64,000 bases of DNA from an uncultured Pseudomonadota bacterium. GTDB lineage: Bacteria; Oederibacteriota; Muellerivitia; Muellerivitales; Muellerivitaceae. The notes below the pieces were generated by a model that was given only the letters and a program-made list of their open reading frames with translations, searched no databases and was not told where the DNA came from. Shown piece by piece: positions 29,362 to 39,374 of this stretch. The position numbers and the translations under genes were made by a program. The stretch spans positions 68,305 to 132,304 of the forward strand of contig CAWJKT010000015.1 in NCBI GenBank assembly GCA_963843375.1, in the 5' to 3' direction. Within the stretch, counting starts at the first letter, position 1. The number at the start of each line of letters is the position of its first letter.

Positions 29362-29371
29362 GGAGGTTCAA

Positions 29372-29785
29372 ATGAAGTTTTTGACTGAATACATGTGGTT
29401 CAACACAAAGAAGCATCGGGAATATGTCAATATTACCGAGGACGTAGAAAAGGTGGTTAAAAAAAGCGGAATCAAAGAAGGCATGGTTTTGGTTTCGGCT
29501 ATGCATATTACCGCCGGAGTTTATGTTAACGATGCCGAGGACGGTCTGATTTCCGATATCGATGAGTGGTTGGAGAAGTTGGCCCCCTATAAAGAAAATT
29601 ACCGCCATCATTTGACAGGTGAAACTAATGGGGATTCTCATTTAAAAAGCCTTCTAGTTCATCATGAGGTACTTGTACCTGTTACGGAAGGAAAGATGGA
29701 TTTCGGTCCTTGGCAACAGATTTATTACGCTGAGTTCGACGGCCAGCGCAAAAAGCGACTGATCATTAAGGTTATGGGGGAATAA
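29372..29785 (+). CDS. yjbQ: YjbQ/UPF0047 family protein (secondary thiamine-phosphate synthase-like)
   Basis: ..[17 protein letters not shown]...WL..L.P.....[14 protein letters not shown]. is typical of UPF0047. Confidence 0.8.
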   Translation: MKFLTEYMWFNTKKHREYVNITEDVEKVVKKSGIKEGMVLVSAMHITAGVYVNDAEDGLISDIDEWLEKLAPYKENYRHHLTGETNGDSHLKSLLVHHEVLVPVTEGKMDFGPWQQIYYAEFDGQRKKRLIIKVMGE

Positions 29786-30081
29786 TGGAAAGCTCGAAAC
29801 CAAAATTTGAAAAATATGTTTTTGTTTGTGTCAATGAACGGCCCGAAGGCGAAAGGGTTTCCTGTGGCGGAACCTTTTGTGGCAAAGAAATTTGTGAAAA
29901 ACTAAAAGAAGCGGTCAAGCACGCGGGACAATCCGAAAGAATCCGCGTGTCCAAAAGCAAATGCCTTGATGTCTGTGAAGAAGGCGCCAATGTGCTGGTC
30001 TACCCAGATAACTTGTGGTTTAAGAAGGTGGAAATATCGGATATTCCGGCAATCCTTGAAAAGTTTGGGATTAAGCCGTAG
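29785..30081 (+). CDS. Thioredoxin-like [2Fe-2S] ferredoxin-domain protein
   Basis: FVCVNERPEG..SCG...C...SKCLDVCEEGANVLVYP pattern. The start overlaps the yjbQ stop (TAATG). Confidence 0.6.
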   Translation: MESSKPKFEKYVFVCVNERPEGERVSCGGTFCGKEICEKLKEAVKHAGQSERIRVSKSKCLDVCEEGANVLVYPDNLWFKKVEISDIPAILEKFGIKP

Positions 30082-30109
30082 CATGCGGTCAGCTGGTGAA
30101 TTTAAACGT

Positions 30110-30451
30110 GGGGGTGACCGGTTTCGACTGGGAAGCTGAACTTTTGGGAGCGTGTCGAGGCGCCATCGCTCGTCAAACATGGCAACGGTTTAACTGCCGA
30201 CAATCAGTTAGCTCTGGCCGCTTAAGCGGTTAGCGTTTCGCCTTTGATGCCTATTAGGGGGAGGAAACGTAAGCAGTAGGCTGGTCCGCAACAGGGTTGT
30301 TCCACCGATGGGCGGATGAGAAACAAAGGGACTGGCTTTCCGCCGGCTGCTCGGGAGCGAGCGGGAGGCGAGACTCATTCTTGAGCTACGCACGTAGGGC
30401 CCATTACGGATGTTTTTCAGGACGTGGGTTCGATTCCCACCACCTCCACCA
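30110..30451 (+). ncRNA. ssrA: tmRNA (SsrA)
   Basis: 5' GGGGGUGACCGGUUUCGAC pairs with 3' ..CACCUCCACCA, giving a G3:U alanine identity pair. T-arm GGGUUCGAUUCCCAC. Internal tag reading frame ends ..AAU CAG UUA GCU CUG GCC GCU UAA (..NQLALAA*), 30181-30225. Confidence 0.9.
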
Positions 30452-30763
30452 TTTTTTTAAACACCCTGTTCTAAAACTCAAATCTGGAATAAATTTTAGT
30501 CGATTTTGGGATTTCTAAAAATAATAAACCACCTTTTTAAGACTTTTTCATTAATAAATCATCGGGCAGTTACACGGGTAAAGTGAGTTCGCTTTAATGG
30601 GCTTTAACGTTTTAAACTTCTAAAGTTTTGAAACCATTTGTCGTTAGAAACCAGGACTCTTCCAACGAACTATCGGCATTCGGGAAATTAACTTTGCAAA
30701 GGTTTAGCCTTTTGTTAAACTGAAAAGTGATTTTCACTTTTTTTAAAAAAGAGGCCCTCTGTT

Positions 30764-31801
30764 ATGAATTATCTTTTATCCTTGGCGACCGGTTTATTTC
30801 TAATGGTGAGTTTTCAAACTGCTCAGGCAGCTGGTCCTACCTATGTAAAGGATGCAACGATTGCGGCTTCCGCGGAATGGACGAAAGATAACAGCCCATA
30901 TGTACTTCAGAGCGACCTAGTTGTTTCTCGAGGAGCCATTCTTACTATTGATCCAGGAGTTGAAGTTCAGTTCGCGGTTTCCGATACAACAAAACAAGGT
31001 GCGGGACCGAACTTAGTGATCCAGGGTGGATTAAAAGCCGTGGGTAATTCGACTACACCGATATTATTCAACCCTTCGGTTCAAGGTTCCTTATGGGGTG
31101 CTATCTACTTTTATAATTCTGATTCCGCCAATTCAATTTTACAATGTTGCATGATCAAAGGTGGGAGAGTTGTTTGTAATGGATCATCGCCTACTATTAC
31201 ACAGAGCGCTATTTATGGAGCGCGGAGTGGCGTTGAAGTGGGTGCCAATTCGCAACCGCAAATCATTGGAAACAGAATCACTGCGGATGGTTATGGTATA
31301 AATCTTTTAGCGGATACTGCGAGTCCAATCATTACGGGCAATGAAATTTACAACAATAATTACGGGTTTTATTTAAAAGATTTTGGAACGCCCAATATTT
31401 CTGGAAATAAGATTTACAATAACATCAAGTTTAACATTGTGAATTCTTCCCCAAAATCTTTGGATGCGCCTAATAATGATTTTCGAAGCCTGGACGCACA
31501 GGAAATCGTTCGCACCGTATATGATGGTGCATATAACCCTAGTTTGGGACGTATTAACTTTATGCCATTTGTGGGAATGCCTGTAGGGCAGAATCAACAA
31601 GTCGTTGCTAGCGCTCAACCGGCCGCTTCCAATCAGGAAAAACCAAAAATTCAAGAAGAGGATTTTTGGAGTTATGGCCGACCTTTTGACGCAATGAAAA
31701 TCAGCAATGTGGATGCTCAAAAGAAAAAACCTTCAAACACGGTTAAGGTTTTGGCGGTTGGCGCTACGGCAGTTGTGACCGTAGTTCTTTTATTCCTTTA
31801 G
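30764..31801 (+). CDS. Secreted right-handed parallel beta-helix (CASH/NosD-like) repeat protein with a C-terminal hydrophobic anchor
   Basis: Signal peptide ..SFQTAQA|AG. Repeats include IIGNRITADGYGINL, ITGNEIYNNNYGFYL and ISGNKIYNN. C-terminus KKKPSNTVKVLAVGATAVVTVVLLFL. Confidence 0.6.
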   Translation: MNYLLSLATGLFLMVSFQTAQAAGPTYVKDATIAASAEWTKDNSPYVLQSDLVVSRGAILTIDPGVEVQFAVSDTTKQGAGPNLVIQGGLKAVGNSTTPILFNPSVQGSLWGAIYFYNSDSANSILQCCMIKGGRVVCNGSSPTITQSAIYGARSGVEVGANSQPQIIGNRITADGYGINLLADTASPIITGNEIYNNNYGFYLKDFGTPNISGNKIYNNIKFNIVNSSPKSLDAPNNDFRSLDAQEIVRTVYDGAYNPSLGRINFMPFVGMPVGQNQQVVASAQPAASNQEKPKIQEEDFWSYGRPFDAMKISNVDAQKKKPSNTVKVLAVGATAVVTVVLLFL

Positions 31802-32015
31802 TTTCAAAAATTAAATCCTAGGTTTATTTAAATAAATACAATGGTACTGGTTTCTTTTGTGCAACATTTTTAGCAGTTTTTTTGAAGTCTTTTTCAGATT
31901 TGAGAGACAAAGAATAAATCTGATTGTCCAATAAGTCACAATCCAAAAAATAAGTGTTTCAGATGGTTCATCTAAGAGATACTTCCAAGACCAAGCTTTC
32001 TGAGGCCGGGATTTT

Positions 32016-32396
32016 ATGACATCATTTCTCCCTTCGGATAAGCGTTTTTCTAAACGGATCTCGGTAAGGATTTTCTTGCGCTTTCGCCTTTTGGAATCAC
32101 CTTCTGGGGAAAAGCCTGAGTTGGAACTCCACAATGGAAACAATATTATGTCGAATATCAGCAGGACGGGCTTCTTTCTTTCAACAAAAAATTATTTAGA
32201 AGTTAATTCCCTGATTGAAGTTGAGTTTCCCTTGGAAAACTTTCATGCGGTTATTCGATCTGAAGCGAAAGTTGTAAGAGCCAATCACGCTAATTTTCCA
32301 AACCAGGGCAGGTATGAATATGGCCTTCATTTCGAGGCTATGCATCCTCACTTCAGGGAACTTTTGGAAAAACTATCAAAATTAACCGAAGGTTGA
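32016..32396 (+). CDS. PilZ-domain (c-di-GMP binding) protein
   Basis: KRFSKRISVR (RxxxR-type) and NISRTG ([D/N]xSxxG) motifs in a 126-aa protein. Confidence 0.7.
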   Translation: MTSFLPSDKRFSKRISVRIFLRFRLLESPSGEKPELELHNGNNIMSNISRTGFFLSTKNYLEVNSLIEVEFPLENFHAVIRSEAKVVRANHANFPNQGRYEYGLHFEAMHPHFRELLEKLSKLTEG

Positions 32397-32526
32397 TTTG
32401 CAAAAAGCCTGATTTATCGCAATTTCCAAAACCTTCCATTGTTCTCTACCGCTGGTTCGTGTAAGATTTCGCTTCAATTTCATCCGGCCTGTACGTCCCA
32501 GTGCTGGAAAATAACAAGGAGCTAAC

Positions 32527-33078
32527 ATGCGTTTTATAACTCTGTTGTGCTGTTTTTTAATTGCCACTGTAGTTTCGGCGAAAGATTTTAAAATTGCGAT
32601 CGTTGACATGCAGAAACTTTTCAATAGTTATCCGGGAACTGAAAAAGCGAAGAAAAAATTGGGTGACCTTGAAGAAAAGAAAAAAGAAGACTTGGCCGAT
32701 TCAAAACAGGAATTGATTGATCTGCAAAAAGAGCTAAGCGAAGGGGGCTCGATTCTTTCCGAGAAACAACGGTTAAAAAAGGAAAAGGAATATAACGATA
32801 AATTGGGCGCTTACAATCAAGCCACCGAACAAGTCCAGAAAGAACTGATGGCTGATGAAACCGAAATGACCCAAGACATCGTGGACCAGATCAAGAGAAT
32901 TGTTGCTTCTGTGGCAAAAGATAAGGGAATGGATATGGTCTTGGATTCGGACAAGACTGTTTATGTCGACAATCCGACCGACTTGACGAGTGATATTCTT
33001 GACCAATACAAAAAGATAACTGACACGGATTCCAAGAGTGACACGGATTCCAAAAGTGATTCGGATTCCAAAAAGTAA
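32527..33078 (+). CDS. skp: Periplasmic chaperone Skp/OmpH
   Basis: Signal peptide, then IAIVDMQKLFNSYPGTEKAKKKL and long K/E-rich helices. It precedes lpxD, as in canonical envelope clusters. Confidence 0.8.
   Translation: MRFITLLCCFLIATVVSAKDFKIAIVDMQKLFNSYPGTEKAKKKLGDLEEKKKEDLADSKQELIDLQKELSEGGSILSEKQRLKKEKEYNDKLGAYNQATEQVQKELMADETEMTQDIVDQIKRIVASVAKDKGMDMVLDSDKTVYVDNPTDLTSDILDQYKKITDTDSKSDTDSKSDSDSKK
33025..33078 (+). repeat. 3 x 18-nt imperfect tandem repeat encoding (T/S)DSKSD at the skp 3' end
   Basis: acggattccaagagtgac / acggattccaaaagtgat / tcggattccaaaaagtaa. Confidence 0.6.
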
Positions 33079-33096
33079 CGAAATGACCGATAAACG

Positions 33097-34149
33097 GTGA
33101 GAATGGGCGTTTCTTATTCGCTGGAAAAGTTGGCGCAGGAGATTGGGGCCACCCTGCAAGGGGATGGATCTGTGCGAATTTTTGGTATTGCACCTTTGGA
33201 TAAGGCGAAGGAAGGGGACATTACCTTCGTCACGAATGCCCGATATAAAAAAACGGCGATGGAAACCAAAGCTTCAGCTATTTTATGTGAAGCCCCCATT
33301 CCTGGAAACTCCAGGGCATTTCTGTTAATTGCAAATCCCTATGTCGCCCTCGCTAAAGTTATCTCATTGTTTCATCCGAGAGTTTCGTTCTTGCCTGGGA
33401 TTAGGACTGGAGCTTACGTGCATCCCGAGGCTTCCGTGGATTCTCAGGCTAGTGTTGCGGCCGGGGCTACCATTTCCGCCGGAGCGAAGGTTGGCTCCCG
33501 ATCGGTTCTTTATCCCGGTGTCTTTATTGGCGAAAATACTGTTGTGGGAGAGGATTGTCTTCTTTATCCCAATGTCACGGTGAGGGAAAATTGTGTATTA
33601 GGAAACCGAGTTGTTCTTCAACCGGGAGTGGTTGTCGGCTCTGATGGGTTTGGTTTTGCCAAAAATAATGATGAAAGCTACCAAAAAATTCCCCAGGTTG
33701 GAAATGTGGTTATTGAAGACGATGTCGAATTGGGAGCAAATACCTGCGTCGATCGAGCTGTTCTGGGGACTACCCTGATTGGAAAAGGAAGCAAACTGGA
33801 CAACTTAATTCAAGTTGGCCACAACGTTGTAATCGGGAACCATACGGTCATGGCGGCCTTGAGCGGTATTTCGGGTTCCACTCAGATCGGGAATAACGTC
33901 ACGATGGGGGGGCAAGTAGGCATCGCCGGGCACCTTAAGATTGCAGACCACGTGACTTTAGCCACCCGTACGGGGGTTATGGAAGACATTGTTGAAAAAG
34001 GCGTCTATTGGGGTTCACCGTCCACGGAGATGAACTCAGAGATGAAGAATGTTGCTGCTTATCGACAATTGCCCGGGATAGTGAAGCGGATCCGTCGTTT
34101 GGAAAGGGTTCTTGAAAAGCTCAGTGGTGTGAAAATTGATGAAGAGTGA
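33097..34149 (+). CDS. lpxD: UDP-3-O-acylglucosamine N-acyltransferase
   Basis: N-terminal LpxD domain (L..LA..IGA.L.GDG...I.G.APL..A..GDITFV) followed by hexapeptide repeats. Confidence 0.9.
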   Translation: MRMGVSYSLEKLAQEIGATLQGDGSVRIFGIAPLDKAKEGDITFVTNARYKKTAMETKASAILCEAPIPGNSRAFLLIANPYVALAKVISLFHPRVSFLPGIRTGAYVHPEASVDSQASVAAGATISAGAKVGSRSVLYPGVFIGENTVVGEDCLLYPNVTVRENCVLGNRVVLQPGVVVGSDGFGFAKNNDESYQKIPQVGNVVIEDDVELGANTCVDRAVLGTTLIGKGSKLDNLIQVGHNVVIGNHTVMAALSGISGSTQIGNNVTMGGQVGIAGHLKIADHVTLATRTGVMEDIVEKGVYWGSPSTEMNSEMKNVAAYRQLPGIVKRIRRLERVLEKLSGVKIDEE

Positions 34150-34951
34150 TTTCGGGACAAGATTCCAAAAAACGATTGATCACCCCTTCTCTTTCGAAGG
34201 AGTGGGGTTGCACACAGGCGATACCTGTCGTGTTAAGGTATCCCCATTGCCAGAAGGATCAGGTATTTGTTTTTATAGATCCGACTTAAATGCCAATATT
34301 CCTGTAACGCCCGAGGCTGTTTCCAGCACAGCCCGGGGAACAACCCTCGTGGGGGAAAAAAAAGCAACTGTTCAAACGATCGAGCATTTTTTGGCGACCA
34401 TTCACGGGTTTGGAATCAACAACCTCAAGATTGATATGGATTCAGAAGAAATGCCCATTCTGGATGGGAGCGCCGCCTCTTTTTGCGATTTTTTTAAAAA
34501 AGCAGGTGTAGTCGAACAAAAAAAACAAATATCACCCTTGAAGGTTACCGAAACCATTGAACTGAGCTATGGTGATGTTTATTTAAAAGCGGAGCCGGCA
34601 GACGGACTTGAACTGGATGTGACGATTTCTTTTCCATATCCGGGTCTTGAAAAACAAAAAAAAGTTTTTCATCTTCCGGAGCAAAATTTTGAAAGTGAAT
34701 TATCATCTGCTCGTACCTTTTGTTTTGAGGAAGAGATCGAAGAACTTCGTCGGCAAGGTTTGATAAAAGGCGGGGATTTAAGTTGTGCCTTAGTGATTGG
34801 GAATAAAGGCGTTTTAAATGGTCCCTATCGTTTTGAAGATGAAATTGTGCGGCATAAAACTCTTGATTTGCTGGGCGACTTAATGCTTTTGAATCGCCCT
34901 TTGTTGGCTAAGGTTACGGTTCGGAAAGGCCGGCCACCGTTACCATGTTGA
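34136..34951 (+). pseudogene. lpxC: UDP-3-O-acyl-GlcNAc deacetylase LpxC; C-terminus displaced by a +1 disruption near 34928, and the corrected frame runs into fabZ
   Basis: GVGLHTGD, TIEHFLAT, RHKTLDLLGDL. The conserved ..[17 protein letters not shown] is only readable in the +1 frame, which has no stop before the fabZ ATG at 35031. Confidence 0.88.
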
Positions 34952-35030
34952 ATTAGCCAAAGCCCTCCTGGAAAAATTCGGGAATGGGACCAAAAGCATA
35001 AAAACCATATCAAAATCAAAAGAGGAGACA

Positions 35031-35483
35031 ATGTTAGATATTCTTGAAATACAAAAAATCTTGCCACACCGATATCCTTTTTTATTGGTCGACCGGATTT
35101 TGGAACTGGAACCGAATAAAAGGGTGGTGGGAATTAAAAACGTTACGGCCAATGAACCTTTTTTTCAGGGACATTTTCCAGGTCACCCCATCATGCCAGG
35201 GGTTTTAATTATTGAGGCTATGGCCCAAGTCGGCGGAATTGCACTTTTGAATAGTGGGGGCGAAAATCTTGGAAAAATTCTGTATCTGGCGGGAATTGAT
35301 AATGCCCGATTTCGAAAACCCATTACGCCTGGGGATCAGATCCGCTTTGAGATCGATGTTTTGTTTAATCGAGGAAAAATCGCGAAGGTTTCAGGTAAAG
35401 CATTAGTGGATAGCCAATTAGCGGTGGAAGCCGAAATTACCTGCGCGATTGTTGAGAAGAACGCCCCCAAAAAGGAAAACTAA
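35031..35483 (+). CDS. fabZ: 3-hydroxyacyl-ACP dehydratase FabZ (probably the C-terminal domain of an LpxC-FabZ fusion)
   Basis: [37 protein letters not shown]. Confidence 0.9.
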   Translation: MLDILEIQKILPHRYPFLLVDRILELEPNKRVVGIKNVTANEPFFQGHFPGHPIMPGVLIIEAMAQVGGIALLNSGGENLGKILYLAGIDNARFRKPITPGDQIRFEIDVLFNRGKIAKVSGKALVDSQLAVEAEITCAIVEKNAPKKEN

Positions 35484-36269
35484 GTGCCTGTGTCATCGGT
35501 AAAAATTCATCCGACGGCCATTGTTGATGCGAAAGCTCATCTTGAGGATGGCGTCATAGTGGGGCCCTATTCGATTATTGATGAATATGTTTCGATAGGT
35601 GAAGGAACATCCATTGGACCCCATTGTGTCATTACGGGTCACACGGCCATTGGCAAAAGAAACAGGATTTTCTCGGGAGCGATCATCGGTAGCGAACCAC
35701 AGGATGTGAAATACCACGGAGAAGAAACTTACCTTGAAATAGGTGATGATAATGTTATTCGAGAACATGCCACAATTAATCCAGGGACTGGAGAGGGGTC
35801 GAAAACTGTAATCGGGAACGATAATTGGATAATGATCCAAGCTCACGTTGGCCATAATTGTTTTATTCAAAATCATGTAAAGCTGGCGAATGGGGTAATG
35901 CTGGGAGGGCACGCGGTTATTGAGGACTATGCCACCGTGGGTGGAGGAACACCGGTGCATCAATTTGTTCGAATTGGGCGTTTTGCAATGATTGGTGGCG
36001 GGTTTCGGGTGGTTCAAGATGTTGTTCCATTTATGATGGCCGGGGATGAGCCTTTACGTATTTATGGACTAAATCAGGTAGGGTTGGAACGAAACAATGT
36101 TTCAAAAGAATCGATTGAATGGTTAAAGAAGGCCCACAAAATTATTTTTCGCCAAAAATTAACGACAAAAGAAGCGGTTCAAGTTCTTTCAACGGAATTT
36201 CCTCCCAGTGAAGAAGTGAAGCATCTTATTGAATTTCTCTCTACCTCTGACCGCGGGATCGTTAGGTAA
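35484..36269 (+). CDS. lpxA: Acyl-ACP--UDP-GlcNAc O-acyltransferase
   Basis: IHPTAIVD start, hexapeptide repeats and an LpxA C-terminal helical domain. GTG start. Confidence 0.9.
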   Translation: MPVSSVKIHPTAIVDAKAHLEDGVIVGPYSIIDEYVSIGEGTSIGPHCVITGHTAIGKRNRIFSGAIIGSEPQDVKYHGEETYLEIGDDNVIREHATINPGTGEGSKTVIGNDNWIMIQAHVGHNCFIQNHVKLANGVMLGGHAVIEDYATVGGGTPVHQFVRIGRFAMIGGGFRVVQDVVPFMMAGDEPLRIYGLNQVGLERNNVSKESIEWLKKAHKIIFRQKLTTKEAVQVLSTEFPPSEEVKHLIEFLSTSDRGIVR

Positions 36270-36271
36270 AT

Positions 36272-37081
36272 ATGCTGGCACCTTCCTCCATTGGTTTAAT
36301 CGCGGGGGAAGGAGAGTTGCCTTTTTACTTTGCGCGTCGCGCAAAAGAAAAAAGGTTTGTCCTCAAGACAGTTGCGATACGAGGTGCGGCTTCCCCTGAT
36401 ATTGAAAAACTAAGCGACGAAATTGTATGGTTGTCCCTTGGACAGCTGGGATCACTTCTTTCATTTTTTAAAAAACAAGGCGTCAATCGTGTTGTTATGC
36501 ACGGTAAAGTTCAACACTCAAAGCTGTTCAAGAATCTGCGGTTGGATTGGAAGGCTCTTTCCGTCTGGACGCGGTTGAAGGATAGGTCCGGGGAATCTCT
36601 TTTGAAGGCAGTGGCCGGTGAATTGGAAAAAAATAAAATACAACTTTTAGATAGTCGTTATTTGATGGAAGAAACCATTGCCCAGTCTGGTTGGCTGGGA
36701 ACTGGGAAAATTGATTTGGATACACGAAAGACCATTTCCTATGGACTTCAAAAAGCCAGGACTTTAGCCAAATCAGGCATCGGTCAGACGCTCGTGGTCA
36801 AACGTAGTGCGGTAGTGGCGGTAGAAGGTATGGAAGGGACAGATGAAACCATTCGCAGAAGTGGAAAGTGGGCCGGGGCAGGCTGCATTATGGTGAAGGT
36901 CGCCAGTCCTAGGCAGGATTGGCGTTTTGATGTCCCAACCATTGGCTTGAAAACAATTCAAGTGCTAAGCGGGATCAAGGCAAAAGGGTTAGTGCTGGAA
37001 GCCGGGAAAGCTTTTCTTTTAAAAAAGGAAGAGGTTTTGGCCGTCGCAAAGAAAGCCGGATTATTTATTTTTTCGGTTTGA
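36272..37081 (+). CDS. lpxI: UDP-2,3-diacylglucosamine pyrophosphatase LpxI (DUF1009)
   Basis: IGLIAGEGELP..., GIGQTLVVK..AVVAVEGMEGTDETIRR, RFDVPTIGL.T. Position immediately after lpxA. Confidence 0.75.
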   Translation: MLAPSSIGLIAGEGELPFYFARRAKEKRFVLKTVAIRGAASPDIEKLSDEIVWLSLGQLGSLLSFFKKQGVNRVVMHGKVQHSKLFKNLRLDWKALSVWTRLKDRSGESLLKAVAGELEKNKIQLLDSRYLMEETIAQSGWLGTGKIDLDTRKTISYGLQKARTLAKSGIGQTLVVKRSAVVAVEGMEGTDETIRRSGKWAGAGCIMVKVASPRQDWRFDVPTIGLKTIQVLSGIKAKGLVLEAGKAFLLKKEEVLAVAKKAGLFIFSV

Positions 37082-37124
37082 TTTCAAAAAATTCATTGAA
37101 AGATCGAATTTCAATCCCAGTTAT

Positions 37125-38213
37125 TTATCGATTCTTCCAAGCGAGCATTATCGGGACAAGCAAAGCAAAGATAACGTTCACGACCCATACGGATAGAAAA
37201 GGTGAAATGACCCCCGCTTCGCCTAAGTGCTGCCCGATTTGCATTCCCCCCAAATAGACAAAACCTACGGCCATGCTAATTAAGAAACTGGTCACAACCC
37301 CGCTGTATTTTCGCATGGTCCAACCCCATGGAACCCCCAAAATGGCCAAAATGACACATCCGAAGGGAGAAGCGAATTTATAATAGAGTTCCACTAATTC
37401 CTTGTGGCAATCAGAACCATTTCGTTTTAATTGGTTGATGTATGCCACCAACTCCGTGATGTTGAGTTCGTTGGGTTCCTTTTGTTCTTTCAAAAAGTCA
37501 CTGGGCTTTTCTGGAAGGGCAAGCGGCATTTTATCAAAAGGTTGGGCGGATATTTCGGCGTCGGAGTCGTCAAAGGTTCGTAAATATCCGTCGTAAAAAA
37601 CCCACTGACTGTTCTCGTATTTGGCGGCTTTTGCATCTAGGCGGGATTCCAGGTGGCTATTGGGGCCGAATTCCAAAATAAGGATGTCTGATAAGGTGTT
37701 AGTGGTTCCGTCGAAAGCACCAATGTGATAGAGCTGGCCTCCGACGCCGATCATTGAAATGTCTTGCCGAAACTTATTGGTTTCGGTTTCGGGTTGATGC
37801 AATATTTCCACGGATTTGATCCGTCGTTTCAAAGCCTCGGCCTTAGGGACCACCAGTTCATTGAATAAAATGCTTGAGACACAAATGATTATTCCTGATA
37901 AAAATAACGGAATGGCCACGTAATAAATATTGATTCCGCCTGCCCTCATGGCAATAAGCTCGTTTCCTTTGGAAAGCCCGCTTAAAGAAAAAAGTACCCC
38001 AAACAAGCAAGCGATAGGGATGATCTGGATAATAAAACTCGGAATATGAAAAGAAAAATATTTAAGTGTCACCAAAAAATTAGGTTTGAATTCCATGATG
38101 AGATGCATATCGTTAAAAATTTGAACTAGGAGAAAAAGCACGCTGAATCCCGCGGTGGCCAGAAAGAAAGGTTTTAGGAACTCGTTTAAAATATATCGAG
38201 TAAGAATTTTCAT
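37125..38213 (-). CDS. lptG: LPS export ABC permease LptG (YjgP/YjgQ family)
   Basis: 362 aa with YjgP/YjgQ topology (3 TM, a large periplasmic domain, 3 TM). Second gene of an abutting pair. Confidence 0.75.
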   Translation of the reverse strand: MKILTRYILNEFLKPFFLATAGFSVLFLLVQIFNDMHLIMEFKPNFLVTLKYFSFHIPSFIIQIIPIACLFGVLFSLSGLSKGNELIAMRAGGINIYYVAIPLFLSGIIICVSSILFNELVVPKAEALKRRIKSVEILHQPETETNKFRQDISMIGVGGQLYHIGAFDGTTNTLSDILILEFGPNSHLESRLDAKAAKYENSQWVFYDGYLRTFDDSDAEISAQPFDKMPLALPEKPSDFLKEQKEPNELNITELVAYINQLKRNGSDCHKELVELYYKFASPFGCVILAILGVPWGWTMRKYSGVVTSFLISMAVGFVYLGGMQIGQHLGEAGVISPFLSVWVVNVIFALLVPIMLAWKNR

Positions 38214-39374
38214 CTAGGCGACGGCCTTTCGATTAAATCTTTTTTTGCGGATTGAGGAAACCCGGCGTCTAAAGGCCGAGTGTTCGGAAATCACAATGTA
38301 ATAAATCACAATACCCGCGACAGCCAAAATAATATTGGCGCCCCAAAGACCTAGAAAAGGATCGATTTTTCCATCGTTACTCAAAGTCTGGCCAAACATG
38401 AACATTAAGTAATAGGCGAAAATCATGGCCAAACCCAGGACAAATCCCATAAATCCCTTGGATCGAGTCCAAAGACCCAAAGGAGCACAAAACCAGGTTA
38501 GCACCAAACAGGCAAATGGGAGAGCAAGGCGTTTTTGGTATTCGGTTTTAAGGTAGTTCAGTCGTCCCGGATCGGTTTCGTGTGGAATCGCGCGTTCTAT
38601 TTCATGCAAGTCCATTTCCTCGTAATCTTTCTTGACGTCGGTTAGTCCAGCCAATTGATTTTCCAATTTTAATCGGATGATATAATGTTCGAAGTAAAGT
38701 TGGTTGTAAGTATGATAGTGATTGTTGTCCCAACTCATGACGCCGTTATTCAAATGGAAAAAAACTTGGTAGGATTTTTGATCGGTATCGAGTGTTCCAG
38801 TCTTGGCAAGAGTGGTTTGTACTGAAGAGTTTGAAGACCAATGGTCAAAGACTTTCACGTCTGAAAAGAGGCCGTCCGGATCCCTTCGGTCGATATAAAA
38901 CTTGTGTCCCTCGAACTGGTCAATAAAAACTCTTTCTCGGATTGCGACATCCGCCTTTTTCTTGACAATGTTAAATTCAATTTTTTTGACCATAAACTGT
39001 GCGGCCGGAAGGACTTTATCATTGAAGTAAAGCATCAGACAGGTCATAAGAAGGCCAAACAGAAGGATTGGGGAAATGAGATGAAATAGGTGGCCTCCAC
39101 CACTTTTGAAAGCCGTGACTTCCATGTCAGAACTTAATCTTCCGAAAGCAAGAAGGGTTCCTACCATCATGGCCATAGGAATGGTCAGCGAGAGTATCAA
39201 GGGCAGAAGGCTGACGTAGAGGAGTAAGGTCTCGGAAATAGAGACCTTTTTATTGAGGACCAAATCCAGGGACAAGAAAATTTTGTTGATCATAAAAAGA
39301 AAAGTCAAAATAGCGACGCATAAAAGAAAAGACGGCAACATTTCCATGAGAACGTAGCGATAAATAGTTTTCAT
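38214..39374 (-). CDS. lptF: LPS export ABC permease LptF (YjgP/YjgQ family)
   Basis: 386 aa, same architecture. First gene of the pair; its stop abuts the lptG start. Confidence 0.75.
   Translation of the reverse strand: MKTIYRYVLMEMLPSFLLCVAILTFLFMINKIFLSLDLVLNKKVSISETLLLYVSLLPLILSLTIPMAMMVGTLLAFGRLSSDMEVTAFKSGGGHLFHLISPILLFGLLMTCLMLYFNDKVLPAAQFMVKKIEFNIVKKKADVAIRERVFIDQFEGHKFYIDRRDPDGLFSDVKVFDHWSSNSSVQTTLAKTGTLDTDQKSYQVFFHLNNGVMSWDNNHYHTYNQLYFEHYIIRLKLENQLAGLTDVKKDYEEMDLHEIERAIPHETDPGRLNYLKTEYQKRLALPFACLVLTWFCAPLGLWTRSKGFMGFVLGLAMIFAYYLMFMFGQTLSNDGKIDPFLGLWGANIILAVAGIVIYYIVISEHSAFRRRVSSIRKKRFNRKAVA

Noticed and set aside
30452-30763. Possible genomic island or prophage integration at the 3' end of the tmRNA gene
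   Set aside because: tmRNA genes are frequent integration sites. Here, however, only a 312-nt AT-rich spacer follows, with no integrase, no direct repeat of the tmRNA 3' end that I could find, and ordinary genes beyond it.
31811-32143. 110-aa minus-strand ORF between the beta-helix gene and the PilZ gene
   Set aside because: It overlaps the well-supported PilZ start, has a K/R-rich low-complexity sequence, no RBS and no recognisable domain.
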